Notes: generated from the letters alone by a model not told the origin. A stretch of DNA of 64,000 nucleotides from Eledone cirrhosa (GCA_964016885.1 OZ024742.1:259470001-259534000), one strand, 5' to 3'; counted from the stretch's first letter, positions 1-13,603 are shown. A program made the numbers and translations.

Positions 1-33
1 AACAGTCTGATTATGAGGTTACACACATTGATA

Positions 34-111
<78 letters not shown>

Positions 112-315
112 CAGGGGCCCGTGGCTCTTATGATCGCCAACTAGCGTGAAAGAAATAAGTGACATAGTCACTACTTTAAAACCCATAACCTATGGTCTTC
201 TAAATGTTTTTAATTAAACATATGGTATATTGCCACATTCATATATATATGTATATATACATATGGTATATTGCCTACATTCATATATATATGTATATAT
301 ACATATATATATATA

Positions 316-459
316 CAGGGTGGGCCAGAATTCATGACACACTTGATTGGCGAAGGGTGTGACATAGTTAATCAAATTTTTAAAAAAATAAATAACAAAA
401 CCGGTGAGGCATATTAAGAAATATAACTAACAAGCGAGTCATGAATTCTGGCCCACCCT
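316..459. mobile_element. Tc1/mariner-type MITE
   Basis: 22-bp terminal inverted repeats: AGGGTGGGCCAGAATTCATGAC (317-338) vs 438-459. TA|CAGGGTG left end typical of Tc1/mariner; non-coding interior. Confidence 0.7.
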
Positions 460-523
<64 letters not shown>

Positions 524-674
524 GATTGAGTATGTGTTGGTTGTTTACCGACACCTTAGTATGCAGGTAGGAGCACTCAACGAAGTGCGCAGCTTGGTCT
601 GTTCACTCCGGAGTAATGTAAAATAATAAGTGTAAGTCAAACATGTTAAAGTTGGCTTCGTTTATTCCAATTTG

Positions 675-727
675 CTGCTATATATATTTCAGTGACAGCC
701 ATTATTGGCTGTGACCTCATCAGGCAG
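675..727 (-). ncRNA. Type I minimal hammerhead ribozyme
   Basis: CUGC-CUGAUGA-GGUCACAGCC/AAUAAU/GGCUGUCACU-GAAA-UAUAUA-UA^GCAG: full core, 4-bp stem I, 9/10-bp stem II, palindromic stem III. Confidence 0.88.
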
Positions 728-1864
728 TAAGAATTAAGGCAGAAAAAACAGGAAAACATGATGTTGTAATGGGTTCTACCCAGTTAATTCATCAATACGT
801 CCAGATTCCTGCGTGTGTTGTTAGTCCTCAAAGAAACTGGAATAATATGGGCAAGAATAAACGAATTTTAGCGTCCAAAGGATATCTCCCTACCTCATTG
901 GTCAGCTATCATACCACTCCCCTGCCGAATGTCTATTGAAATTCTTCAGAAACAGGTCAGCCTATCATTGTTGCTTTTATCAGTATGTTCAAGTCCAGCT
1001 GACCTAGTTTACCGTGGTGGTAGTGGTAGTGGTGTTAACAGCTCAGTCAGTAGGTCAACCATGGTCGGCTGCTGTTTTGAGAGGAAGAATTTGTATCTGT
1101 AGATTGACAGAATTTCTCCTTGCCACTACGTCTTATGGTGGGAGATGCCAAACAAAAAATGCGTGTGTGTTAAAACAAATAAAAATAAAAAACCTGTGTG
1201 TCAAAATCCAGAAGTGAAAAGAATTACTATTCTTATTTCTGCATAAAGTACATACGCGTATGTGTCCGCCAACGCACACCATTGCGCGTACACACGTATA
1301 AACACAGGTCCGGGTGCATTCACATATTCACGTCCACACAGTCACACACATCGGGACGCATATACGCCCACATGTGGATACACACGCACGGACACAGAGT
1401 CAAATGTCACCGCATGTGGTGGGGAGAGAAGTAAGTAGTAATAGGCGTGTCCTATTTACTTACGGTATTTATCACCGATACTTGCGTGCGAAAGGGGTCA
1501 GGTTCGAGGCAGCATATCCTCCGGATACGCGGATCACAAACCGGTGTTGGGTGCTGGGGCCCGTTGGTCGTAAATGTGGGGTGTCTGGTTGCACGCAGGG
1601 TAGGTCTCCGCCGACGTATTTGTCTCGCTAAATTATGTAGTGTCAGCTAACCTGGGTTCTGGTTAAGGAAGTGAGATGGGTTGACCACAGCGGTGTGAGG
1701 CACGGTTCTAGCTGCTAGGTAAGTGTGGGTTTCTATGTGCTAATCGAGGCGGGAGGAGAGTGGGGATAGAGACGGGTATAGGGGGTGGTTTGGTGTACCT
1801 TGGGCTCGGATTGACGGAGTTGCTATCCATATAATTTGAGGGCAGTTCCCATCTTAAGGGGTTG

Positions 1865-2280
1865 CTATCCATATAGCTTGAGGAAGGTTCCGGTCCTAAG
1901 GTCTCTATAGGTACCAAAGAAATCGGTCCTGAGGTTGATTAGGCTACTTCCACCAATAAGTATCTCGAGGGTCTTGCTCAGACAGAGGTTGCAGATTCCA
2001 GATCCCCCTCTGTCAGGTGGCACTTTCCTACTCTTAGACAAGGCCAGAGAGTACGGGGTCCTGTCCAGCTTGAGCTTCCAGATCAGTTCGGAAAGAGCCG
2101 TACTTTTCCTCTTGTCATCCCTATTAAAGGAATGGCGATGGTTATACCATCTGTCTTTGAAGCTCGTCGATGTGGCTCCTATGTAAAGATGCTCAGAGTT
2201 GGGGGTTGTAACTCTAAATTCGTACACTAAGTTCTTCATTAGACATCCATAATGTGGGGGTTCTGCAGTTGCAGGAAGTG
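1865..2280 (-). pseudogene. PLE GIY-YIG endonuclease domain (fragment)
   Basis: NLVYEFRV...LYIGATSTSFKDRWYNHRHSF...STALSELIWKLK...CNLCLSK...LINLRTDFF. An upstream out-of-frame SCNCRT Cys linker lies at about 2260-2277. Confidence 0.88.
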
Positions 2281-2521
2281 GTCGACCCCTGAATGCCTAT
2301 TGTGGGGTCCCGGTTGCGTAGTTTGGGGTGGTTGATCCCTATATCAGCGAATTGGAATAAACGAAGCCAACTTTAACATGTTTGACTTACACATATTTGA
2401 TATATATATATATATACATATATATACATAGATAAAGACAGAGAAGGAGAAATTGATAGATAGATATATGGATATAGATGTATATAAGAAAAATATATAG
2501 ATATAGATATATAAGAAAAAT

Positions 2522-2711
2522 AATTGTTTCTACTTTTGGCACAAGGCCAGCAAATGACCCAGTGTATTACTGGTACTTTATTTTATCGACCCCGTAAGGA
2601 TGAAAGGTAAAGTTAACCTCGGTGGGATTTGAACTCAGAACGGCAAGCGCCGTAACTCTATGCGTCAAAGCATGGCGTCCGACCCTCTACCGATACTGCC
2701 AATCCACCGCC
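2522..2711 (-). mobile_element. tRNA-derived SINE family 1 (Meta/Sauria-like core)
   Basis: Minus strand: GGCGGTGGATTGGCAGTATCGG (A box), GAGTTCAAATCC (B box), core CCTTTCATCCTTACGGGGTCGATAAAATAAAGTACCAG. More than 10 copies in the window. Confidence 0.88.
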
Positions 2712-2943
2712 ATATATAAGAAAAATAATGTAGTCTCTGATCGAGAGACGAAGCGAGAGTGTATTTGAATGCACATAAAATGAGAAAGCTCATTACAACA
2801 GCTAAATGCTGTCAAACAAGAACATAAAGGGACGTAATCCAATGTCATAAAGCATTCTGTCAAACACGTCAATAAATTCTTCCAATCCACCAATCTAATT
2901 AATAGTAACAAAAGTAATCACAATAATAGTGATAGCAACAATA

Positions 2944-3131
2944 ATTGTTTCTACTTTAGGCACAAGGCCAGCAATCACCCAGTGCATTACTGGTACTTTA
3001 TTTTATCGACCCCGTAAGGATGAAAGGCAAAGTTAACCTCGGCGGGATTTGAACTCAGAATGGCAAGGGCTGTAACTCTATGCGTCAAAGCATGGCGTCC
3101 GACCCTCTACTGTTACTGCCAATTCACCACC
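2944..3131 (-). mobile_element. SINE family 1
   Basis: Near-identical to 2522-2711. Confidence 0.88.
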
Positions 3132-3333
3132 CTCAATAGCAACAATAATGACAACCGTAACAGTATTGATAACACCAATAACAATAATCGTCGTAATAAT
3201 AATATCATAGTAATATTTATGAGGACAATGGCGAAGTAGACGTGAGTGGCGCTGTGGTTGAAATCAATATTGTATGAAAACAAGCGACCTATTGCACTGC
3301 TGACACTACTACTACACCACACCTTTACTTCCT

Positions 3334-3361
3334 CTACTACTACTACTACTACTACTACTAC

Positions 3362-3431
<70 letters not shown>

Positions 3432-3512
3432 AAGAAGAAGAAGAAAAAGAAGAAGAAGAAGAAGAAGAAGAAGAAGAAGAAGAAGAAGAAGAAGAAGAAG
3501 AAGAAGAAGAAG
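3334..3512. repeat. Compound microsatellite (ACT)n(AAT)n(AAG)n
   Basis: Directly visible; explains the poly-T/N/K ORF. Confidence 0.95.
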
Positions 3513-3812
3513 GGTCACTCGTGGAGAAAGCTCACAAAAAATCACACTCATCCTGAGCACCAGTGTAAGTGCCCTCTCCCCGGTGTCCTCTTTCAATCTA
3601 TAGGCACATGCCCAGAGTAGGCTCATTCACTCGGTCTATTCTCGCCTCTTTCACCCATCTTTCAACAAAGTGGTGGAAAGCACCATTTCCTTCTCCACCT
3701 TGATCTTCCCCTTCAACAGAAACTTGAAGAAGTTAATCAGGGCGTTGCTGAAGACGACCTCTTTCGCCATGGCCACCTGACAGACAGAAACAGTCTGCCC
3801 TTCCAGGCTAAA
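3512..3812 (-). mobile_element. Tx1/L1-clade 3' fragment
   Basis: VAMAKEVV..LINFFKFLLKGKIKVEKE matches the C-terminus at 19650-19800; the 3'UTR motif CCACGAGT is shared. Confidence 0.8.
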
Positions 3813-3971
3813 GATTTTGACGAATAATATTATTGTCTGCATTGTAATATATATATATATATATACACGTAAATAGATAAAGATAGACATTAATAGCTGT
3901 ATATGTATATACATGCATATTTCTCTTGTTATACTCACATACACACACACACACACAAAGTGCAGCAGTAT

Positions 3972-4147
3972 GCAGTGTCGGTAGAAGGCGGACGCCATTC
4001 TTTGACGCAGAGAGTTACGGCCCTTGCCATTCTCTGTTCAAATCCCGCCGAGATTAACTTAGCCTTTCATCCTTACTGGGTCGATAAAATAAAGTACCAG
4101 TAATGCACTTGGTAATTGCTGGCCTTGTGCCAAAAGTAGAAACAATT
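3972..4147 (+). mobile_element. SINE family 1
   Basis: B box, core and GGCCTTGTGCCAAAAGTAGAAACAATT tail. Confidence 0.85.
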
Positions 4148-4169
4148 ATATTATACCACCTACATATAT

Positions 4170-4179
4170 TACAACAACA

Positions 4180-4222
<43 letters not shown>

Positions 4223-4370
4223 CTATCACTACTACTACTACTACTGCTACTCCTATCACTACTACTACTACTACTGCTATCACTACTACTACTACTATCA
4301 CTACTACTACTACTACTACTATCACTACTACTACTACTGCTATCACTACTACTACAATTACTCCTACTAA
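4170..4370. repeat. (ACT)n imperfect microsatellite
   Basis: Directly visible. Confidence 0.9.
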
Positions 4371-5832
4371 TACCACCTACACAACCAGCTTAGACCACCC
4401 CCACCTACCTATACTTCTACCATACCGACAGCACTATCACAAAGCAACAGTTACGCATGACAACAATAACAACAAAAGAACAAGAGAGCAACATATCGTT
4501 TTTTTTTTTTTTGCTTGTAATTTCTTATTTTTGTATTAGGAAAAAGAAGCTAAAAGAACCACAAAACCTCAACAACAGATATTGCTGCAATGATACAAGA
4601 ATATATAAAAACATTACAATAAAATAAACAGCAATTACTTTCTACTTGAAATGATTGTCCGCAAACTTATCAATAATTTTAATGGCATCCAGACAATATC
4701 ACCTCTACACAAAAATATGACAGGATCGTTATTAACGACAGCTGTAAGCTTCGTCATTTTATATTAATCACACTGCAAAGAAAACCACAGACTATTTCAG
4801 AAATTCGCTTTCATCTAAAATTGACTTCCAAGTCCCACAATGCACTTATTTTATTTCTTTCAACGTTGTTTCCTTCCCTTTTTCCTTCCTTTTTTCTTTC
4901 TGCGCTGTCATTCTTTTCTATTGCTATTTCCTTTCTTTCTTTTTTCCGTTCTCTTGTCTTCTTTTTTTTCTGTTATTTTCATTTATATATATTTGTTCCA
5001 TTGCTTTGCGTTTTACTTTCTATTTAATGTTCTGTTTCTAACCGAAGAGATTATTGCCAGTGAGGTAAATTAAATCCTTATAGTATGGTTACACACATGC
5101 CCACTCATAAATAATCATGTACACACACACACACACACACACACATGTATATAAATATAAATATGTATATGCGTATTTATTTGTATGCATCTCTCTCTCT
5201 CTCTATCTGTCTATATATATACATACATATATATGTCAGTTTGTGTATGTGTGTACATAAATACCAATCTATATGTATATGTCTGGGCATATATATATAC
5301 ACACATACATATATATATATATATATACACGTATAGTATTTTGGTTATTTCTTTGAGATAGTTAAAATGGAAAATCGTTAGTCTTATCTGAATTCTAGTG
5401 AATTCTACAGAATTTGACATCAGTCAAAGTGTACAGAGAGATATACTGTTCCTTTTTATTTTCAAACCAAATAGTATACACGTCTTTTTTTTTTCCTCCA
5501 CCGGATTTCAACCACTAACTATATATCCGACTTCAATGCAACAGGTGACCTGCAAGATGACCAAAAAGCATTGATTAAGTATCACTCCAGCTTCCTGTAT
5601 ACTAAACAAAAACCAAAAAAAATTCGTTGCAATTTCTTGATCAATTGATGTCATGTGCATTTACAAACGATGTCCCGTGTATTTACAAATGATGTTACTC
5701 TTAACTATATCATTATTGATTATTTTAGTATAAAAGCCATCCAATATTAACATACACACAAACATTCACACACAGATGTGTGTGAATGTGTCTGTATGTG
5801 TGTGTCTATATTTTTTATATACATAGATAAAT

Positions 5833-5874
<42 letters not shown>

Positions 5875-5895
5875 TCCTTTGTTATATATATATAT

Positions 5896-6400
5896 AATGA
5901 AGGAATTGTGGTAAGGAACCAGATGGACCATAACGCACCAAAGTACTCAAAACTTAGGGCAGTACAGTGAGTAATAGGAACAAGTATGACCCCGACGAAG
6001 AGCTCAAGCCGTTTCGACGGCTATTTCTGGACTAAATAAGAATTTTTAGCCTGGTAAATAAATAGCCGAACTTCTCGGGGGGTATTTCCTTATATGGGAA
6101 GATAGTAATTGTCAAGGGGATTGGTCAAAAATTTGTGTAAAGACAGATGAATCTACCATGGCATTTGGTGGGAGGTAGGGGTGGCTGAACTTGCCGGTAG
6201 AACAAAGAGGGAGAGGGGGATACCCAGTCAAGCGTTGAAAGTGAAATTTATACAGCAGATTCTAAGGATAGTGTATTAAAGGTCGAGAAAAGTGTACTGG
6301 AGAAGTGGAGGGGGTGAAAGATTAGGTAAATCAGAAGGGAGAAAAAAAAACATTATAAAAACAAGGAGAAAATAAATCGTCGGGGTCATACTTGTTCCTA
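5896..6400 (-). mobile_element. Fold-back PLE-like family B copy
   Basis: Shared AAYGAAGG...GACCCCGACG..GAGCTCAAGCCGTTTCGACGGCTA block; 6378-6400 is an inverted copy of about 5976-5997; TA flanks. Confidence 0.8.
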
Positions 6401-6484
6401 TATATATATATATATACACACATACATAAATATATGTATGTGTGCTCGTATATATGCATATATATATACACATACATTCACACG

Positions 6485-6527
<43 letters not shown>

Positions 6528-6556
6528 TAATATATATATATTTATATATATATGTA

Positions 6557-6800
6557 TGAATGAAGTAATTCCGTCGGAAAGGTCCAGGAAAAAAGAGTGC
6601 TCTATGTAGGTTACAGAGCTTAATAGTTATGTAAATAAACAGCATAAGATAATTATTTCATTTACCAGTGGTTTCTTGAAAGCAAACAAAATTTGCTTTC
6701 AGTCATCAGAATGAAACAATCTTGGTGTATTTATTGACAGTGGATTTTAAAAACCACTGGTAAATGAAATAATTATCTTATGTTGTTTATTACATAACTA
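6557..6800 (-). mobile_element. Short fold-back element with hammerhead
   Basis: Inverted arms 6624-6674 and 6751-6800; TA flanks. Confidence 0.8.
6659..6713 (-). ncRNA. Type I hammerhead ribozyme
   Basis: CAUU-CUGAUGA-C-UGAAAGCAAA/UUUUG/UUUGCUUUCA-A-GAAA-CCACUGG-UA^AAUG. Confidence 0.82.
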
Positions 6801-6858
6801 TATATATATATATTAATTCAAAATATTAACAAAATAGATATTCTTGTGATCAATTATA

Positions 6859-6921
6859 TTTTATTATACATATTTCAGAGGTACTGAGTTAAGTTCAACA
6901 GTACGTCCTCATCAGATAAAA
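6859..6921 (-). ncRNA. Type I hammerhead ribozyme
   Basis: UUUUAU-CUGAUGA-GGACGUACUG/loop/CAGUACCUCU-GAAA-UAUGUA-UA^AUAAAA. Confidence 0.82.
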
Positions 6922-7485
6922 TAAAATGATACATGACATACCCTGACATAGTAGATGGTTAAGATTCAATCAAGGTGGTCTTAATCAAGATATATATATA
7001 TATATTAATCAACCCAGTACTTATATTTTCGACTATGGTATTTATTTTATCGCTCTACTTTTAAAAAATCGCTAATTTATGAGACTATAAAAATAATAAA
7101 CATAGTCACAAACAGGCAGGTATATGTAGGCATCGTATATGACTTTATATACAACTCTATCATGATTCATACTATGTTAGTAGTACTACTAATTAATATC
7201 AGCCAAAACATGCACGCACTATATGCAAATGAACTACTCAAGATTACTTACGGGCAAAATAGCTTAGTTTTTTCTCAGTACAAAATGAGTAAACGTCACT
7301 GGAGATGGATTTAAAATGTCCTTAAACTCTAGTGCCTGGCCTTCTCACACGGTCAATGGGATACCTGTGACATCATCACATAAAACATTATAACTTTTAT
7401 ATATGTTTATTATACATCAACATATTTCATATGCGTCCATATACATGCCTACTACTATATCTGTATAAATATATATATATATATA

Positions 7486-8490
7486 CGTTATTCCGGGTTG
7501 AATCGGAGGTAACCACAGTAAGTAAGGTACTCAATACATAGCAGAGTATAACAGTTTTAATATAGATGAGATTCTACAGGACTAGAACTGTTTCATTCAT
7601 TTGAAATCATCAGGAATCTGGGTATCAAAAAATAAATAAGGTATTTATAGGTCTCTACAAGTGGTAGGAGAGGGTGGGGAGTGGGATGGGTGCAGGTCAT
7701 TGGTTGATAGAAAAGGGAATTCATTAAAAGCTAATTCTACAAAGCTATAGTTTATTTTTATTTTTATTTTTTTTTATTTATTTATTTATGTTTTTAGAGT
7801 AACAAGGGCAGACAGAATTCTATAAACAGGTTCCGGATGGCCTACCATTCCTTGTCAATAAGTTTCTCTTAAGCTAACAGATGTCTATAAAATCAGTGGG
7901 GGGTCAGTCATAGTCGATAGAATTAAAGAAAAGGGAGATTCTTTAAAAGCTAAAGTCATTAAGGTTCTACTAAGTGACAAAGGTCTAGAGAATTCTGCAG
8001 ACAGATTCAAAATACTGAGTGCATAAAGATATGCACTCAGTATTTTGAATCTGTCTGCAGAATTCTCTAGACCTTTGTCACTTAGTAGAACCTTAATGAC
8101 TTTAGCTTTTAAAGAATCTCCCTTTTCTTTAATTCTATCGACTATGACTGACCCCCCACTGATTTTATAGACATCTGTTAGCTTAAGAGAAACTTATTGA
8201 CAAGGAATGGTAGGCCATCCGGAACCTGTTTATAGAATTCTGTCTGCCCTTGTTACTCTAAAAACATAAATAAATAAAAATAAAAATAAAAATAAACTAT
8301 AGCTTTGTAGAATTAGCTTTTAATGAATTCCCTTTTCTATCAACCAATGACCTGCACCCATCCCACTCCCCACCCTCTCCTACCACTTGTAGAGACCTAT
8401 AAATACCATATTTATTTTTTGATACCCAGATTCCTGATGATTTCAAATGAATGAAACAGTTCTAGTCCTGTAGAATCTCATCTATATTAA

Positions 8491-8494
<4 letters not shown>
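7486..8494. mobile_element. Fold-back PLE-like family D (about 470-bp hairpin)
   Basis: Arms 7553-8025 and 8030-8494 with AAGA loop; unpaired tail 7486-7552; TA flanks. Confidence 0.9.
8428..8478 (+). ncRNA. Type I hammerhead ribozyme (mirror copy 7569-7619, minus strand)
   Basis: AGAUUC-CUGAUGA-UUUC AAAU GAAU-GAAA-CAG UUCUAGUC CUG-UA^GAAUCU. Confidence 0.8.
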
Positions 8495-8567
<73 letters not shown>

Positions 8568-8991
8568 ATGATGTATGTATGTATATGTAACGTGCAATAT
8601 ATTTACTACAAATAGTCTATAATTTAGCATCTATAATGGTGTAATTATTTCTAGTGCTGAAAATAGATATAAAATGCTGCAAATTGATAATTTTATAGCA
8701 TTCCCTTGCAGCTTTAATGTTCCTTACTATAAACATATTCCAGTGCAACAGTGGAATATTTTATCGATAAACTACTTCCTTGATTTAGTAGTAGGGATTC
8801 TAATATAGTTGCTATTATAGTATCACCATAACTGTATATATACATGTGTTGAAGTTCAACAAAAATAGCATTGTTATATCAATACAGAATTGAACCCCTT
8901 AATTATACCCTACAGTTCTGTTGGCAACAATGACATTCAGCTTAAACTAATAAGCCAGCCAGAATCCTCGCAAGGATATATATACATATAA

Positions 8992-9069
<78 letters not shown>

Positions 9070-9206
9070 GCATATGGTGTTTATATATAGACATCATAAA
9101 CAGTTGTCTAACGTCCACAGTTTTGTATGCATACATATATATATGTAAATATATATATATATTTCACTTACGTCTTTCCAGTTTTTTTATATTTGAAAAC
9201 CAATTT

Positions 9207-9260
<54 letters not shown>

Positions 9261-9261
<1 letters not shown>

Positions 9262-9455
9262 ACGAAGGAGGTGTGGTAAGGAACCAGATGGACCTTAATG
9301 CACCAGAGTACTCAATACTTAGGGTAGTAGAGAGGGTAATAGGAAAATGTTTAACCCCGACGGCAGAGCTCAAGCCGTTTCGACGACTATTTCTGGAGTC
9401 CAGAAATAACGTCGAAACGGTTTCAACTCTGCCGTCAGGTTTAAACATTTTCCTA
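9261..9455 (-). mobile_element. Fold-back family B copy
   Basis: Family B block folds back at about 9398 and ends at TTCCTA(TA)n. Confidence 0.85.
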
Positions 9456-9675
9456 TATATATATCTATATATATATATATGTGTGTGTGTGTGTCTGCGT
9501 GTGTTTGTGTGTATGTGTGTGTATTAGTCTCTGTGTGTGCGTATTATGTATGTTTCATTATAGTAAAATAATTGGCATTCTCTCTAACTATGTATGTATC
9601 TTTGGGGGTGTGTGTATATATATATATATATTTCCGTTTTTACATACGTATATATAAATACATGCATATATATAA

Positions 9676-9747
<72 letters not shown>

Positions 9748-9752
9748 ATAGC

Positions 9753-9798
<46 letters not shown>

Positions 9799-9803
<5 letters not shown>

Positions 9804-10680
9804 TATCTACACGTACATACATATATGCATACAGACGTACAGTAGTATGTATATATATATACATACATGCACACATATATATATGTACGTATGGATTCAC
9901 CGAATATTTATTATAATGCTCGGTGTGTTTGTAAACAAACATCCCGTATTAAGCCGTAGTGTCTACCAACCATCGTTGCTCGTTTGTTCAACACTGACAA
10001 AGGAACGCTGTACTAGTTTCAAGCTTATTAGCTATCGTCAGCAACGTATGCCTTCCTGCCAGATTGTTGAACGTATATATTTACCTTATGCATATTAACG
10101 GCTGAGTAGCCCAATTTGCATATCGAGTGGGTTAATCGGCCGGGTGTACCGAAAACGATAAACGGAAAAAATGAAACGAAATTTCATTTCCCACTCTTAG
10201 TACGGCTGTTACTTAAATATAAGTATGTACACGCACGTACATACATATATGTATACAGACGTACAGTAGTATGTATATATATATATATACATACATGCAC
10301 ACATATATATATGTACGTATGGATTCACCGAACATTTATTATAATGCTCGGTGTGTTTGTAAACAAACATCCCGTATTAAGCCGTAGTGTCTAGCAACTT
10401 GTGTCTAGCAACTAGTGTCTAGCAACTAGTGTCTAGCAGCTAGTGCTAGACACTACGGCTTAATACGGGATGTTTGTTTACAAACACACCGAACATTGTA
10501 ATAAATGTTCGGTGAATCCATACGTACATATATATATATATGTGCATGTATGTATATATATATATATACATACTACTGTACGTCTGTATACATATATGTA
10601 TGTACGTGTAGATATTTATATTTAAGTAACAGCCGTACTAAGAGTGGGAAATGAAATTTCGTTTCATTTTTTACGTTTAT
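9799..10680. mobile_element. Partial-tandem plus inverted repeat element (PLE-like architecture)
   Basis: 9799-9965 repeats at 10219-10393; 10444-10680 inverts 10158-10396; TA flanks. No HHR recognised. Confidence 0.75.
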
Positions 10681-10758
10681 ATATATATATATACATATAT
10701 AAATATCCATACATATATATACATACATATATAAACACACACACACACACACACACAC

Positions 10759-10870
<112 letters not shown>

Positions 10871-10919
10871 ATACGAAAAGTGGAACAGTGACTTCGTGTA
10901 TTTAATTCTACTGACCTTT

Positions 10920-11125
10920 GCAGCACTAACGTTGCTCTCTCAGGGAGATTCAGTATATCAGACCGTGTAGGAAGGCCGTTACATCGAATTACAGGTGCAC
11001 TTGATGTTTATCAGTTAGGGGTACTGGGGCACCAGTAAATAAAGTGTCTTGATCAAGGAAACATTGCTTTCCAGGATTCGAACGTAAGTAGATTTTACGA
11101 TCGTGAGTAGAACACTTCATGCCAC
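10920..11125 (-). mobile_element. Old tRNA-derived SINE family 2 (degenerate)
   Basis: AAGTGTCTTGATCAAGGAAAC..GGATTCGAAC and GAATTACAGGT motifs shared with other copies. Confidence 0.55.
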
Positions 11126-11669
11126 ATAGACATAAACCTCACACGTACGCACACTAATAATCATGTTGCTTTTCGTAATTCCACAACATGGCGTACATAC
11201 ACAGTTACGCATGCGCATAGTTATTTGGCAATATATTTTCTCAGAGCTAGTATGAATTGTGTTTGGAGGAAGGCGAAAAGAAATGAAGATGTAAGAGAAA
11301 TAGAAGAAGAAAGGGTTGATGGTGAGATGGAAGTTGGAATGGAGATAGTGAACTGGTACGAAGAAACAACAGTAAACAATAGTTTATGGCTCTGTTTAAC
11401 GTTTCATTGCGACGTGCGCCATTTTTCTTCATTCTGCAGCACTGTGACATCGCTGTTTCTGTTGTCCGGGATAAATTTTAATTTATAACCAAAGATTCGT
11501 CTATTTTACTGTCGCCGTTTCTCGCCATTTCTTAACATTATTTTTTTGTATTATTACTATCATTTTCTTTCTTCTCATTCGTTTTATTTTATTTTACTTA
11601 ATTTTGTTTCTGTAGTTAGATTTGTAGTGTAATTATTGCTTGTTGTTTTACTGTTTTACTTCACACACT

Positions 11670-11862
<193 letters not shown>

Positions 11863-11908
11863 GTACATATATATATATTTATATACATATATATACATAT
11901 ATATATAT

Positions 11909-12019
<111 letters not shown>

Positions 12020-12327
12020 TAAATATATATATATATCCACACACACACAAACACATGCACGTATACACCTTATATTATTTTGTTGTTTTTTTCATCTGTA
12101 CACTCAGTCCTTTCTATTGCATTTTTCTCTCCGTGTTCTTGTTATTCATGTTTAATTTGAAAATATCGAAATCACCAACCAGCAGACAGAAGAAAGAAGA
12201 TAGGAGAAAATTGCCAGAAATGGCGATTATTGCGTTTTTCACTCTCTTCCACATCAGATGGCTTTTCACTTTTAAACTAGGATTGTTTTTTAAGAAGATT
12301 TTTTTTTTCAAATAGACTATTCGTATG

Positions 12328-12429
<102 letters not shown>

Positions 12430-13199
12430 CATATATATATATGTGTGTCTGTGTGTGTGCGTGTACGCGTTTGTGTTTGCACGTGCGTGTGTGTATGTGT
12501 GTCTATGTGTGTGGTTGGATGTTTGAATATTTGTGCAGATTACGTTGGTATTCATGTATGTACACAAGCCTATTTTGCAATGTTTGAGAATGTGCATATT
12601 TGTGAATTTTTGTATATGCTATTTTAGAACTTTCGCACACAATTACATTCCTTATCTTTTTTTTTTCTTTATTATTATAATTATTACTATTCTTATTATT
12701 ATCTTATCGCTTATAGTTCTTCCCTTATCTCTCATTGTCGTTTCCTTGTACCTGGAATTAAGAGGTAGTGTCTAGTCCCATATTGTGACACTGATTCGGT
12801 ATGAGATTTATGTTAAGAGTAAACGCAACTGTAGCACACTCACATGTTAATTCATGAGCTGAGCGTCCATGACGGAGGATCCATTATATAATGTATATCT
12901 ACTTGCAATTAGTCTGAGATTATTATTGATATATCTAAACGTTCATATTTTGATATCTTGCAACTAAAAGTCTAACTTTGGCCTAATTGGTCTAAAACCG
13001 GTTTAGTGGGAAGGGGATATATTCAGTAAGTTCAAATTTCTTGACATTGATATAACGCTTCTAGAATAAAGATAACTAAAACTTGACTGAATGGAACATA
13101 ATCCCAGAGAATAAAGCTCCCTAAACAAACAGTAAATTTAATTGCTTTCGAATTTAGACATAAATTCAACATGACAACAGTACTGATAAGTTAATTAAA

Positions 13200-13236
<37 letters not shown>

Positions 13237-13462
13237 ATATAGATATATATATATAGATAGATATATATATATTTATATACTGCAGATGCACTGTAGATAG
13301 TTGTGATCAAATATGTTGTCAAACGTATGTCTTCAATGTTTACAATTTCTTAATTATGTAATCTTATATTTTTTTTATTTAGATTCACTCCGCCGTACAT
13401 TTACACCGATTTGACATTCTTACTATTCAAGAATTATAATTTATAATTACATAATTGCAATA

Positions 13463-13529
<67 letters not shown>

Positions 13530-13603
13530 CATAGAAATATCCATGATCTCCTGCAGACAACTTATGAAAGGGAAATTATCCTCCGTTCGTGCTTTCCTCT
13601 TAT

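Larger units (their letters stand above)
525..2392 (-). mobile_element. 5'-truncated Penelope-like retroelement with inverted terminal segment
   Basis: GIY-YIG ORF, long 3' region containing an HHR, 2340-2392 is the reverse complement of about 630-682, and both flanks are (TA)n. Confidence 0.85.

Noticed and set aside
7553-8494. Hairpins as pure assembly artefacts
   Set aside because: Arms differ by substitutions and indels and end at family-fixed points; not fully excluded without reads.
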